Below are positions 26,312 through 33,549 of a DNA stretch of 42,722 nt, piece after piece. Where the stretch lies: IMG/VR virus record IMGVR_UViG_3300048905_000037, positions 1-42,722 of that record; one strand, 5' to 3'. Position 1 is the first letter of the stretch, and each line of letters starts with the position of its first letter. The translations under genes and the position numbers were made by a program. Under the pieces are notes generated by a model. It was given only the letters and a program-made list of their open reading frames with translations, ran no database searches and was not told the origin of the DNA. Origin of the DNA: a virus.

Positions 26312-27105
26312 GGGGCCTCCTTGTGGCTGCGCTGAGCCTGCTGGCCCACGGTGGTCAGGGCATAGTTGCCGTCAGCCGCCAGGAACCAGAGCTTGAACCA
26401 GTTCGACTTGACCGACTTCTCGAAGACCTGCGCCCAGGCTTTGTACCGCTTGGCTCCGGGCTTGGTGTATCGGTCCTTGAACTCGAGCCACTGCAGCCGC
26501 AGGAAGTCGGCCGGCAGCTTGACCTTCTCGGCGTAGGCGAACACCGGGTCGTCTTCGGGAATCGGGGTCTGGCCAGTCTTGCGGCATTCGGCAAGGAAGG
26601 TCTGCAGGGAGACGGCTGCTTTGCGCTTGGAGCTTTCGTCTTGCTCGCCAGGTTCGCCCCCCTCGGGGGGTATGGGGGGATGTTCTTCTGGTTTTGGTTC
26701 TTGGTTATTGGTTGGGACCTGATCCGCATCTGATTTCACATCAGACTTCGAATCTGATTTCAGATCGTCTTTAGCTCCGTCAGTAGCCTGCTTTGCACTC
26801 CAACGCGATTTGTTGGCGGACTTCGCGCGCTCTGCTTTGGCGCGATACAGATCGATTTCGCGGTCGCACCGCGCGCTGGTATGGCCAGCGTCGGTCTTGA
26901 CGAAGAACTCGGCCAGGATGTCGGTCACTTCCTGCATGTGGTCGCGCATGCCGATGAGGCGCGCAACTTTGGCCGGGTCGGCTGGGAGTGCTTGCTCGGT
27001 GGTGTAGTAGAGATCGAGCATCCGGCGATAGGCCAGATCCTCCATGAGGGTCAGGTGGCGCGTGTGGGCGGCGTAATCGCCCAGGTGGAACGGGTAGAAG
27101 TTCAT
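26308..27105 (-). CDS. DUF1376 (YdaU-like) protein; probable replication initiation / helicase-loading partner
   Basis: MNFYPFHLGDYAAHTRHLTLMEDLAYRRMLDLYY is the DUF1376 hallmark. It is coupled to dnaB. The replication role is inferred from position. Confidence 0.75.
   Translation of the reverse strand: MNFYPFHLGDYAAHTRHLTLMEDLAYRRMLDLYYTTEQALPADPAKVARLIGMRDHMQEVTDILAEFFVKTDAGHTSARCDREIDLYRAKAERAKSANKSRWSAKQATDGAKDDLKSDSKSDVKSDADQVPTNNQEPKPEEHPPIPPEGGEPGEQDESSKRKAAVSLQTFLAECRKTGQTPIPEDDPVFAYAEKVKLPADFLRLQWLEFKDRYTKPGAKRYKAWAQVFEKSVKSNWFKLWFLAADGNYALTTVGQQAQRSHKEAP
26689..26766. repeat. Iteron-like short repeats inside the initiator-like gene; candidate origin of replication
   Basis: TGGTT occurs four times, starting at 26689, 26695, 26702 and 26709. 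The 11-mer ATCTGATTTCA occurs twice (26728-26738 and 26752-26762), with alternating TCTGA/TCAGA inverted pentamers. The region is locally AT-rich. Confidence 0.3.
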
Positions 27106-27107
27106 GG

Positions 27108-27326
27108 TCAGCGTTCCCGATCCAAGAGGATGATGCTCGCTGCACGCACGATGGTGACGCGACGCTCGACAACCTGCGCTTCATTACGGCGCGCGCACTC
27201 GGCTAGGGCTGCTTGCTCGTTGGATGCGCTGCCGGCCGCAGTGAAGACGTGCGGTGCGCCCGGGGTCGGGTAGCCGATGAGGAAGTCGCCGACTTCGTCA
27301 GGTCCGATGGCCTGGTAGTTCAGCAT
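27108..27326 (-). CDS. Hypothetical protein
   Basis: 72-codon ORF packed in the early-right operon. Confidence 0.45.
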   Translation of the reverse strand: MLNYQAIGPDEVGDFLIGYPTPGAPHVFTAAGSASNEQAALAECARRNEAQVVERRVTIVRAASIILLDRER

Positions 27327-27577
27327 GTGGCGCCTTTCAGTAGGTCGACCTGGCGCGGATCCAGCGACTTGGCAACGTAGATGAAGCCCTGTTCGCAGTG
27401 CTCCAGTTCGGCGCGAGCCGCGGCCACACAGGCACGAGTGCAGATCGCCGAGGGCTGGCCATCGAACAGGCAGCCACGGCAGCTGGTAGCCGGCCTGGTG
27501 GTGAACTGCATCGATTCAGGGATGAGGGGTGCGCCGCGGTGCCCGAGCCAGTCTTGGACGCTTACGAGGCCGTTCAT
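27320..27577 (-). CDS. Hypothetical Cys-containing protein
   Basis: 85-codon ORF that overlaps both neighbours by a few nt. Confidence 0.45.
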   Translation of the reverse strand: MNGLVSVQDWLGHRGAPLIPESMQFTTRPATSCRGCLFDGQPSAICTRACVAAARAELEHCEQGFIYVAKSLDPRQVDLLKGATC

Positions 27578-28017
27578 GCTGCCTCCGGCGAGCCAAACAG
27601 GGCCGACACAAGCGGGTCGCGACGGTCGATAGCCGGGTAGGTCTTGACGGTCTCTTGGCGCGGAATAGCGCAGGGTGCCGTATCTTCCGGCTCGGTCGTG
27701 AGCGCAGCTGTATCTTGCGGAGCGGCTTCAACCTTGGGTGCCGGGCCGATGTGCCAGGTGTAGAACAGCACAGCCTTGGCGCGGTGCTTCTGGCGATGGA
27801 TGCGCTCTTCAGCTTCTAGGTCGTCGAGGCGGATGCGGATGGGCGGGACCGAGTAGCCAAGCAGGCGCGCGATTTCGTCAACCGTGCGCGGCGCTTTGGC
27901 GATCAGGTCTTCAACAGCTGATTTCAGGCCTATGGCTGGAACGTTGCGTTCGTACTTGATGCGTGGCCGGCGGCGTTCTGCCTGTGCCACGCCTTGTTTG
28001 TCGGTGTAGGTCGTCAT
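27574..28017 (-). CDS. Hypothetical wHTH-like protein
   Basis: APRTVDEIARLLGYSVPPIRIRLDDLEAEERI resembles a winged helix. Confidence 0.5.
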   Translation of the reverse strand: MTTYTDKQGVAQAERRRPRIKYERNVPAIGLKSAVEDLIAKAPRTVDEIARLLGYSVPPIRIRLDDLEAEERIHRQKHRAKAVLFYTWHIGPAPKVEAAPQDTAALTTEPEDTAPCAIPRQETVKTYPAIDRRDPLVSALFGSPEAA

Positions 28018-28214
28018 GGCTGCCCCGCCTTGCGGAAGTGCTCAGCCGTTTCCTGCAGCTGGTTGATGCTCTGGTTGAGGCGGCCGAATTGGCTTTTCTC
28101 TTCCTGCTCATTGCCAGATGCGCGGGCGTCACGGTATACGCGATTGCGCAATACCACGTTGTCTGTCATGGTTAACAGTTTCGAAACATCAGGTTTTCGT
28201 GTTACTGTGTCCAT
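28014..28214 (-). CDS. Hypothetical small protein
   Basis: Strong SD AGGAGG 8 nt upstream of the ATG at 28214. Confidence 0.5.
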   Translation of the reverse strand: MDTVTRKPDVSKLLTMTDNVVLRNRVYRDARASGNEQEEKSQFGRLNQSINQLQETAEHFRKAGQP

Positions 28215-28232
28215 CTCGTAGTTCCTCCTGTG

Positions 28233-28260
28233 GCCCGGCTCGCATCCGGGCTATTTTTTT
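28233..28260 (+). terminator. Rho-independent terminator on the plus strand, antisense to the early-right operon
   Basis: GCCCGG-ctcgcat-CCGGGC followed by TATTTTTTT on the plus strand. On the minus strand the hairpin has no U-tract. Confidence 0.6.
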
Positions 28261-28287
28261 GCCGCCTCGTGGCGCAACCGGAAGCCA

Positions 28288-28545
28288 TTAAAGGTGCCTC
28301 CGCGCGTTGAAGCCCTTGCCGCTACCTGCTCGGCTTGTCATCCGACCGACACCCCGACAACCTCGGGATTCCCTGCTCGGCGGTGGCGCAATACCATTCG
28401 TCCGTACCGCGTTGTTGATGAGGCAGCGGTTAAGCGCGCTTTTCGAAATTCCGAGCAGCTTGCTCAGTGCCGTGAATTCACTCAGCTCTTTCGGGTTGAG
28501 CAGGGTTTCCAGGACTTCGGTGCGGACGTTCGGGTTCAGACTCAT
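28288..28545 (-). CDS. HTH protein in the cII position
   Basis: The HTH is EFTALSKLLGISKSALNRCLINN. It is the second gene of the PR-type operon. The C-terminal third is compositionally odd. Confidence 0.5.
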   Translation of the reverse strand: MSLNPNVRTEVLETLLNPKELSEFTALSKLLGISKSALNRCLINNAVRTNGIAPPPSRESRGCRGVGRMTSRAGSGKGFNARRHL

Positions 28546-28665
28546 GTGTTTCTCCTTTGTGGTGCGGACTGCTTGGGGCAGCCTTTCGGCTGGCGGTACT
28601 GCTGTTGCTCAAGGGCTTCTTCCTGCTTGCAACTTTTTGGCCGGCAGGAAGTGACAGGTTGTGAA

Positions 28666-28896
28666 TTAGGACGTAGGGACGCGGCGTGGCGCCGGCGGGT
28701 CGCCGAAGACAGTCGGGTTGAGTTCGTAGCGGGTAACTTGGCAGTTCAGGGCGGCTTCGACTTCACGGCAGCGTTCAGCCGGGACGTAACCCTGGGATTC
28801 CCACTTCTGGACCGCTTGCGGCGTCAGATCGAGAAGCCTGCCGAGAGCAGACTGGTTGCCAGCGAGACGGATAGCTTTTGCGATACCGGTTTCCAT
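28666..28896 (-). CDS. cro: Cro-like repressor (HTH)
   Basis: IAKAIRLAGNQSALGRLLDLTPQAVQKWESQGYVPAERC is the Cro/YdaS-type HTH. It is divergent from the CI gene. Confidence 0.7.
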   Translation of the reverse strand: METGIAKAIRLAGNQSALGRLLDLTPQAVQKWESQGYVPAERCREVEAALNCQVTRYELNPTVFGDPPAPRRVPTS

Positions 28897-29002
28897 GTTC
28901 GTGCCTAAAGTTGTTCTTACAACCCTAGGTTACAGCATGCCGAGCCGAATTACAACTTATTTTTGCAGTGCTATCTACAACGCTTGCTTGTAAGATGGCT
29001 AA
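28897..29002. promoter_or_regulatory. Immunity switch region: PR-type promoter and operator half-sites
   Basis: The minus strand reads TTGTAA (28950-28955), a 17-nt spacer, then TAACCT (28927-28932), followed by GGGTTGTAAGAACAAC. TTACAAC-type heptamers lie at 28917, 28950, 28975 and 28988 (the last inverted). The palindrome GTTGTtcttACAAC spans 28910-28923. Confidence 0.6.
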
Positions 29003-29701
29003 ATGGAAACTATGGCCTCAAGAATCGAGCGACTGCTCAATGACAAGAACGGCGGCAACCAATCCGAGATGGCGCGTTTCATCGGGGTGAGTCCGCAGGC
29101 CGTGCAGAAGTGGATCGCTGGCGGCTCGGAGCCACGCGGGAAGAATCTCGAGTTGGCGGCCGAATTCTTGGGTGTGACGCCGGCCTTCCTGAAGTTCGGT
29201 CTTCAAGTAGAGCAGGCTGCTGAAATCAGCCAGCTGCTACCTGGAGCGCGCCGAGTGCATGCATCCGACGCTGACGATCCGAGCATGACGCAGATCATGA
29301 AGGTGCGGCTGAAAGTTCAAGCTGGGATTACGGGCTTCCAGGTCGAGCCCGAGCATTACGACGGTGAGACGCAAGGGGTGCCCACCAAGTGGATTGAGCG
29401 AGAGGGGCTGCACAAGTCCTCGCTGCTGTCGATTGTAGTCCGTGGAGACAGTATGGAGCCCGCCTTATATGACGGCGACGTAATAGTGGTGAACACCGCA
29501 GATAAGTCGCTGGTGTCTGGCACGGTCTACGTCATTAACTACGAAGGCGAGGCAGTCGTGAAACGGATGATTCGCGACGCGGGCCAGTGGTGGCTTGCCT
29601 CAGACAACCCAGATCAGCGCAGGTATCACCGCCAGTTGTGCAAGGGCGCCGAATGCATCGTGATCGGCAAGGTAGTGCGCAAAGAAAGTACTCATATCTG
29701 A
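29003..29701 (+). CDS. cI: CI-type repressor, XRE HTH plus S24 (LexA-like) autopeptidase domain
   Basis: The N-terminal HTH is QSEMARFIGVSPQAVQKWIAG. The C-terminal domain has VRGDSMEP (Ser) and VVKRM (Lys). Confidence 0.85.
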   Translation: METMASRIERLLNDKNGGNQSEMARFIGVSPQAVQKWIAGGSEPRGKNLELAAEFLGVTPAFLKFGLQVEQAAEISQLLPGARRVHASDADDPSMTQIMKVRLKVQAGITGFQVEPEHYDGETQGVPTKWIEREGLHKSSLLSIVVRGDSMEPALYDGDVIVVNTADKSLVSGTVYVINYEGEAVVKRMIRDAGQWWLASDNPDQRRYHRQLCKGAECIVIGKVVRKESTHI

Positions 29702-29712
29702 TTGGACAGGTA

Positions 29713-29889
29713 ATGATGCATCCTTTACTAAGTCTTGCACTCCTAATCGTAAGCTATTTTTCAGCCTACTTCTCTCGACTTTATTTTCCAACGCTGGCCC
29801 GCATTCCAATGCTAGCCCTTATGGCAGGCGCGTTTTTTATCGAAATCGCTGTTCTTGTTTTTGTTGGTTCGCTGCGGAGCGCCATCTGA
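29713..29889 (+). CDS. Small membrane protein (58 aa, two TM helices)
   Basis: MMHPLLSLALLIVSYFSAYF...MLALMAGAFFIEIAVLVFVG. It starts 12 nt after the cI stop, in a low-GC region. Confidence 0.55.
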   Translation: MMHPLLSLALLIVSYFSAYFSRLYFPTLARIPMLALMAGAFFIEIAVLVFVGSLRSAI

Positions 29890-30095
29890 TGGCATTCAAG
29901 GACGGCATGGCAGCAATTGCAAAGGTGCTCGAAGTCGGGGCAATCATTGTCGCGGCCAGTTGGGTCATTGGCGGAGTCTACTTCGCATTTGTTGGTGAAA
30001 TCGGGCCAAGTCTCGGGTTTGGACTGATGTTTGGGATGATCTGGTTTGTCTGCCTATGGACACCTGCCTGGCTAATTCGAAAGTTTATCCAATGA
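29889..30095 (+). CDS. Small membrane protein (68 aa, two TM helices)
   Basis: The start overlaps the upstream stop (TGATG). It contains VGAIIVAASWVIGGVYFAFV and LGFGLMFGMIWFVCLW. Confidence 0.6.
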   Translation: MAFKDGMAAIAKVLEVGAIIVAASWVIGGVYFAFVGEIGPSLGFGLMFGMIWFVCLWTPAWLIRKFIQ

Positions 30096-30265
30096 TAGTT
30101 ATCATCGGTGCACTGGCCGGGGTAGGGTACGGCGGCTACGTTATTTCCAAGTTCTTTCGCAGGATAGGTGATCTGGAAAGGCGAGTAGCATTCCTTGAGG
30201 ATCGCTCCCCACAGGCACAATATATTCGTGAGTTAGAGGATAAAGAAAAAGGCTGGGTCGAATAG
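30092..30265 (+). CDS. Small membrane-anchored protein (57 aa, one TM helix plus charged tail)
   Basis: ATGA overlap with the upstream gene. MIVIIGALAGVGYGGYVI is followed by RRIGDLERRVAFLEDR... Confidence 0.55.
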   Translation: MIVIIGALAGVGYGGYVISKFFRRIGDLERRVAFLEDRSPQAQYIRELEDKEKGWVE

Positions 30266-30327
30266 GACGATCTGGGCTTGCGATGAAAGGCGCAACGGCA
30301 CGCCACCTTGCCGAACATGGGGAAATA

Positions 30328-30714
30328 ATGAAAAAGATAATTGCTTTAACCCTGATTGGAGCGGCGTTGGGAGGATGCGCCACTGCCAGCAAAGACATCG
30401 CCTCTACATACACGTCCCCGATTGCGTACCAGTCTTACGACTGCCAGCAGCTTGGTGCTGAGACGAGCAGGATACAGGCACGTGTAACACAGGTGGGCGG
30501 CCGGCTCGACCAGGCGGCAAGCAATGACAAGGCTATCGCCACCGCTGGGGCAATCCTCTTCTGGCCCGCGCTCTTTGCCCTTGGCGGCACCAAGGCTCAG
30601 GAGGCAGAATACGCAACCCTGAAGGGGCAGTATGACGCTGTCCAACAGGCAGCAATCGAGAAGAAGTGCGCAGGAGCGGTTGCGCCGGCTCCTCAAGTAG
30701 CGTCCGCGACCTAG
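30328..30714 (+). CDS. Lipoprotein
   Basis: MKKIIALTLIGAALGGCATAS is a signal peptide plus lipobox LGGC. The ATG at 30328 follows GGGGAA. Confidence 0.7.
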   Translation: MKKIIALTLIGAALGGCATASKDIASTYTSPIAYQSYDCQQLGAETSRIQARVTQVGGRLDQAASNDKAIATAGAILFWPALFALGGTKAQEAEYATLKGQYDAVQQAAIEKKCAGAVAPAPQVASAT

Positions 30715-30735
30715 TTCTTCCGACTTAACACCACA

Positions 30736-30758
30736 AGCCCGCCATGCGCGGGCTTTTT
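30736..30758 (+). terminator. Rho-independent terminator closing the cI-cassette transcription unit
   Basis: AGCCCGC-catgc-GCGGGCT followed by TTTT, 22 nt after the lipoprotein stop. Confidence 0.8.
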
Positions 30759-30775
30759 CACGCCTTCCCCCGGCT

Positions 30776-30871
30776 TTACAACTGACGCGATGTAGCGGAT
30801 CAACTTTTTTCGCGTTTAATTACAACTTTCTCTTGCAATGCTGTGCTCGCTGTTGTAACCTGTGGTTGTAG
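30776..30871 (+). promoter_or_regulatory. PL-type promoter and operator half-sites
   Basis: TTGCAA (30833-30838), a 17-nt spacer, then TAACCT (30856-30861), followed by GTGGTTGTAG. TTACAAC lies at 30776 and 30820, GTTGTAA at 30852 and GTTGTAG at 30865. AATTACAACTT.T.T.TTGCA.TGCT is shared with 28948-28972. Confidence 0.55.
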
Positions 30872-30921
30872 TCACTAACGCAGCGAGCTCAGCACCCGCC
30901 GAGCTGCAGATGGAGAGCACG

Positions 30922-31107
30922 ATGGAAGCAGCAAAGCATATTCAAGCAGAGCGCGAACGCGACGACCTTCAGAACCATAACGAGCGCGTTGAGTGGCTGA
31001 GCGCTGATGCGCCGCGTTGGTCGTGCGGAACGATGGTCGATGCCCACTCGCGCAACGTCCTGCTGCTGCAAAGCCGCGCCGCCCTCGCCGCAGCAGGTGC
31101 CGCATGA
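30922..31107 (+). CDS. Hypothetical first gene of the early-left operon
   Basis: The ATG at 30922 is preceded by GGAGAG. The alternative starts at 30910 and 30862 are less likely. Confidence 0.45.
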   Translation: MEAAKHIQAERERDDLQNHNERVEWLSADAPRWSCGTMVDAHSRNVLLLQSRAALAAAGAA

Positions 31108-31358
31108 ACACCCTCAAACTTCAGGACCAGCGCTTCATGGTCAGCCCCTGCGGCTACCTCAGCGGCACCTTTCACGTTTCGCAAATTGCGGACGAGTGCC
31201 CCGGCTGGACGGATGCAACTGAGCTCAGCGACATCGAAGCCAACGACCTGATGGTACGTCGCATGGCCGCCGCCGACCAACGCAAGCGCGAGAGCCGCGA
31301 CGAGGACCGCGCCGAGCGGGCGCAGTGGCACCGCGAATACGACGCGCTGGGGATTTGA
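31104..31358 (+). CDS. Hypothetical protein
   Basis: ATG at 31104 (ATGA overlap). Confidence 0.5.
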   Translation: MNTLKLQDQRFMVSPCGYLSGTFHVSQIADECPGWTDATELSDIEANDLMVRRMAAADQRKRESRDEDRAERAQWHREYDALGI

Positions 31359-31360
31359 GC

Positions 31361-31609
31361 ATGGACAAGCGCTCAATGCAGCTGCTCGAAAAAGCCTTCA
31401 TCGCCGAGATTGAAGAGGGCGCCCACGGCGTTCTCGGCCTGATCCAGACCAAGAGCAAGCTGGCTCAGAAGCTGGAAGCCGAAGGCTATTTGGTCAAGGA
31501 CCAGCACACCTACGGCGGCCGGTTTCCGGTGACGGTCCATGGCTACCGCCTGACGCACCTGGGCCGGCTGACGTACTGCGCAACTTCCGAAGGCGAGGTT
31601 CAGTCATGA
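31361..31609 (+). CDS. Hypothetical protein (wHTH-like)
   Basis: The ATG lies 2 nt after the upstream stop. It contains LAQKLEAEGYLVKD...YRLTHLG. Confidence 0.5.
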   Translation: MDKRSMQLLEKAFIAEIEEGAHGVLGLIQTKSKLAQKLEAEGYLVKDQHTYGGRFPVTVHGYRLTHLGRLTYCATSEGEVQS

Positions 31610-31830
31610 CCTACACCACCGCCAAGCGCCTGGAAGGCCTCAAGCAGAGCCTGGAAGCGGCCCGCGACGTGAAGCACCCGCCGACCGGCCTGACTGGCCA
31701 CTACCTCGAGCTGTTCGAACAGAGCAGCGCCGGCCGCAAAGCTGGCTTGCAGCTGGCAATCGATGCGATTGAGGCCGAGCTGCGCATGGTCGCGGCAGGC
31801 GATACCGCAGCAGCCCGATTCAACCAATAA
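31606..31830 (+). CDS. Hypothetical protein
   Basis: ATGA overlap with the upstream gene. 74 aa and helical. Confidence 0.5.
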   Translation: MTYTTAKRLEGLKQSLEAARDVKHPPTGLTGHYLELFEQSSAGRKAGLQLAIDAIEAELRMVAAGDTAAARFNQ

Positions 31831-31870
31831 CCAACCGCCGGCGCCGCCGGCCAGAACGAGGAGCAGGAGG

Positions 31871-32500
31871 ATGGACAGCAGCACGAGCAAGCCGATCCAG
31901 ATCATCGACGTGATCGCGAAGCCCTACATGACCGGTAGCAAAACCATCTGCTACTACGTCGTGGTCGACCGCGCGCCGAAGCACATCTACCAGCGCGACG
32001 GGAACAAGCTCACCGCGCACGACAGCGGCTTCTACGATTTCATGCAGATCGAGCCCGGATCGAGCAACGCCTTCGCCGGCCGCAAGTTCTCGATCCAGCT
32101 TACCGACGGTACGCAGCTCGAATGCAGCGGCCAGGTGTGGTCCTGCGCCCCACACGGCATCGACGCGGTGCAGGTTGGAGTCGCGACGATCGCGCAGCTG
32201 GAGAACTGCTACTGCTTCTTCGGCGGCTACGTGGCGCGCGAGAAGCTGCAGGCTTGGCTGGAAGCGAACAAGCCATCGGGCGACTACTACAAATACGATC
32301 CCCGCGAGACTCTGGCCTGGCAAGACGCGCTCTACCGCAAGCACCCGAATCTCGACACCAGCGTGTCGCCGAAGCGCGCCCGCAAGCTGCGCCAGCGTGG
32401 CGTTACGATCCGCCGCCATCCAGTGACCGGCCGGCCTGGTTGGTCGCCGAGCTACGAGCGTAAGAAGGCCGCGATCCTCGCACGCCAGGAGGCCGCATGA
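31871..32500 (+). CDS. Hypothetical protein (209 aa)
   Basis: The ATG at 31871 is preceded by GAGGAGCAGGAGG. Confidence 0.55.
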   Translation: MDSSTSKPIQIIDVIAKPYMTGSKTICYYVVVDRAPKHIYQRDGNKLTAHDSGFYDFMQIEPGSSNAFAGRKFSIQLTDGTQLECSGQVWSCAPHGIDAVQVGVATIAQLENCYCFFGGYVAREKLQAWLEANKPSGDYYKYDPRETLAWQDALYRKHPNLDTSVSPKRARKLRQRGVTIRRHPVTGRPGWSPSYERKKAAILARQEAA

Positions 32501-32643
32501 TCGCCGCCCGAATTGCGCGCCGCGACCCGATCCGCTTCCTGCTGCTAACCGGCATCGACGTCACCAACGCGCGCCCCTGGATCGGCTTCGCTGGCATGGC
32601 CGCGTGCTGGATCGTCGCTGTCCTGCTGGAGAACGCAACGTGA
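32497..32643 (+). CDS. Possible small membrane protein (48 aa)
   Basis: Hand-translated, with an ATGA overlap upstream. WIGFAGMAACWIVAVLL is hydrophobic. A further coupled 33-codon ORF at 32643-32744 is too short to support. Confidence 0.3.
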   Translation: MIAARIARRDPIRFLLLTGIDVTNARPWIGFAGMAACWIVAVLLENAT

Positions 32644-32745
32644 TGTGGTTCGTCCTCTACCAATTCAAGTACGGCTGCCGTGTCGGATTCAGCCGCCGTG
32701 AGTCGATCAAGCGCGCTGTGCGCATTTATTTAAAAGGATTTTGAG

Positions 32746-33549
32746 ATGAACGAAATAATCGAAATGCCGCGCCGCGAAGTGGCTGGCCTCACGGCGGGTG
32801 AAGTGCACCGTTTCTCGGCATCTGAAATTCGCGAGCGCGTCAACCTGGTGCAGACCGTGATGCAGGGCATCATGAAGAAGGATACCCACTACGGCACCAT
32901 CCCGGGCACCCCGAAGCCGACCCTGTACAAGCCGGGCGCCGAGGTGCTGTGCGTGACCTTCCGCATCGCCCAGGAGTACCGCATCGAGGATCTGAGCACG
33001 CCGGATGTCGCACGCTACCGCGTTACTTGCGTTGGCCGTCATCAGGTTACCGGCATCGCCTTGGGTGAGGGCGTCGGTGAATGCTCCTCCGGCGAGGAAA
33101 AGTACAAGTGGCGCGGCGCCGTGTGCACGGAAGAGTTCGACCTGACGCCGGAGAACGCGCGCCGCATCAAGTTCTCGAAGTGGAAGGGCAACGTCGAGAA
33201 GAAAATCCAAATCCGAACCGAGGCGGCCGACCTGGCGAACACCGTGCTTAAGATGGCCTGCAAGCGCGCCATGATCGCCATGACGCTGAACGTCACCGCG
33301 GCGTCGGACATCTTCACGCAGGACATCGAGGATCTGCCGGAAGAACTCCGTCAGCACGAGGCGGCCGCGCAGGCCCAGCCGCAGCCGAAGGAAGAACCCA
33401 AGAAGCCGATTGATGGCAAGGCTTTCTCCAATGCCCTGAATGCCATTCGCTCCGGTCAATACGACGCGCAGTCCATGCGCGGCTACTACGAGCTGACTGC
33501 CGATCAGGAAACGGCGCTGGCCGATCTCGAGAAGGAGCTCGCACAATGA
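32746..33549 (+). CDS. Putative single-strand annealing protein (RecT/Red-beta-superfamily-like)
   Basis: KPTLYKPGAEVL and NTVLKMACKRAMIAMTLNVTAASDIF resemble annealase motifs. It is coupled to a downstream exonuclease. The family assignment is from memory only. Confidence 0.5.
   Translation: MNEIIEMPRREVAGLTAGEVHRFSASEIRERVNLVQTVMQGIMKKDTHYGTIPGTPKPTLYKPGAEVLCVTFRIAQEYRIEDLSTPDVARYRVTCVGRHQVTGIALGEGVGECSSGEEKYKWRGAVCTEEFDLTPENARRIKFSKWKGNVEKKIQIRTEAADLANTVLKMACKRAMIAMTLNVTAASDIFTQDIEDLPEELRQHEAAAQAQPQPKEEPKKPIDGKAFSNALNAIRSGQYDAQSMRGYYELTADQETALADLEKELAQ

Noticed and set aside
27108-27577. The overlapping 72-aa and 85-aa ORF pair as a toxin-antitoxin module.
   Set aside because: Neither has recognisable toxin or antitoxin motifs. 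Small overlapping ORFs are the norm throughout this operon.
30922-31107. The first PL-operon gene as a lambda N-type antiterminator.
   Set aside because: It has no Arg-rich N-terminal motif. No boxB-like hairpin lies between the PL-type promoter and the gene.
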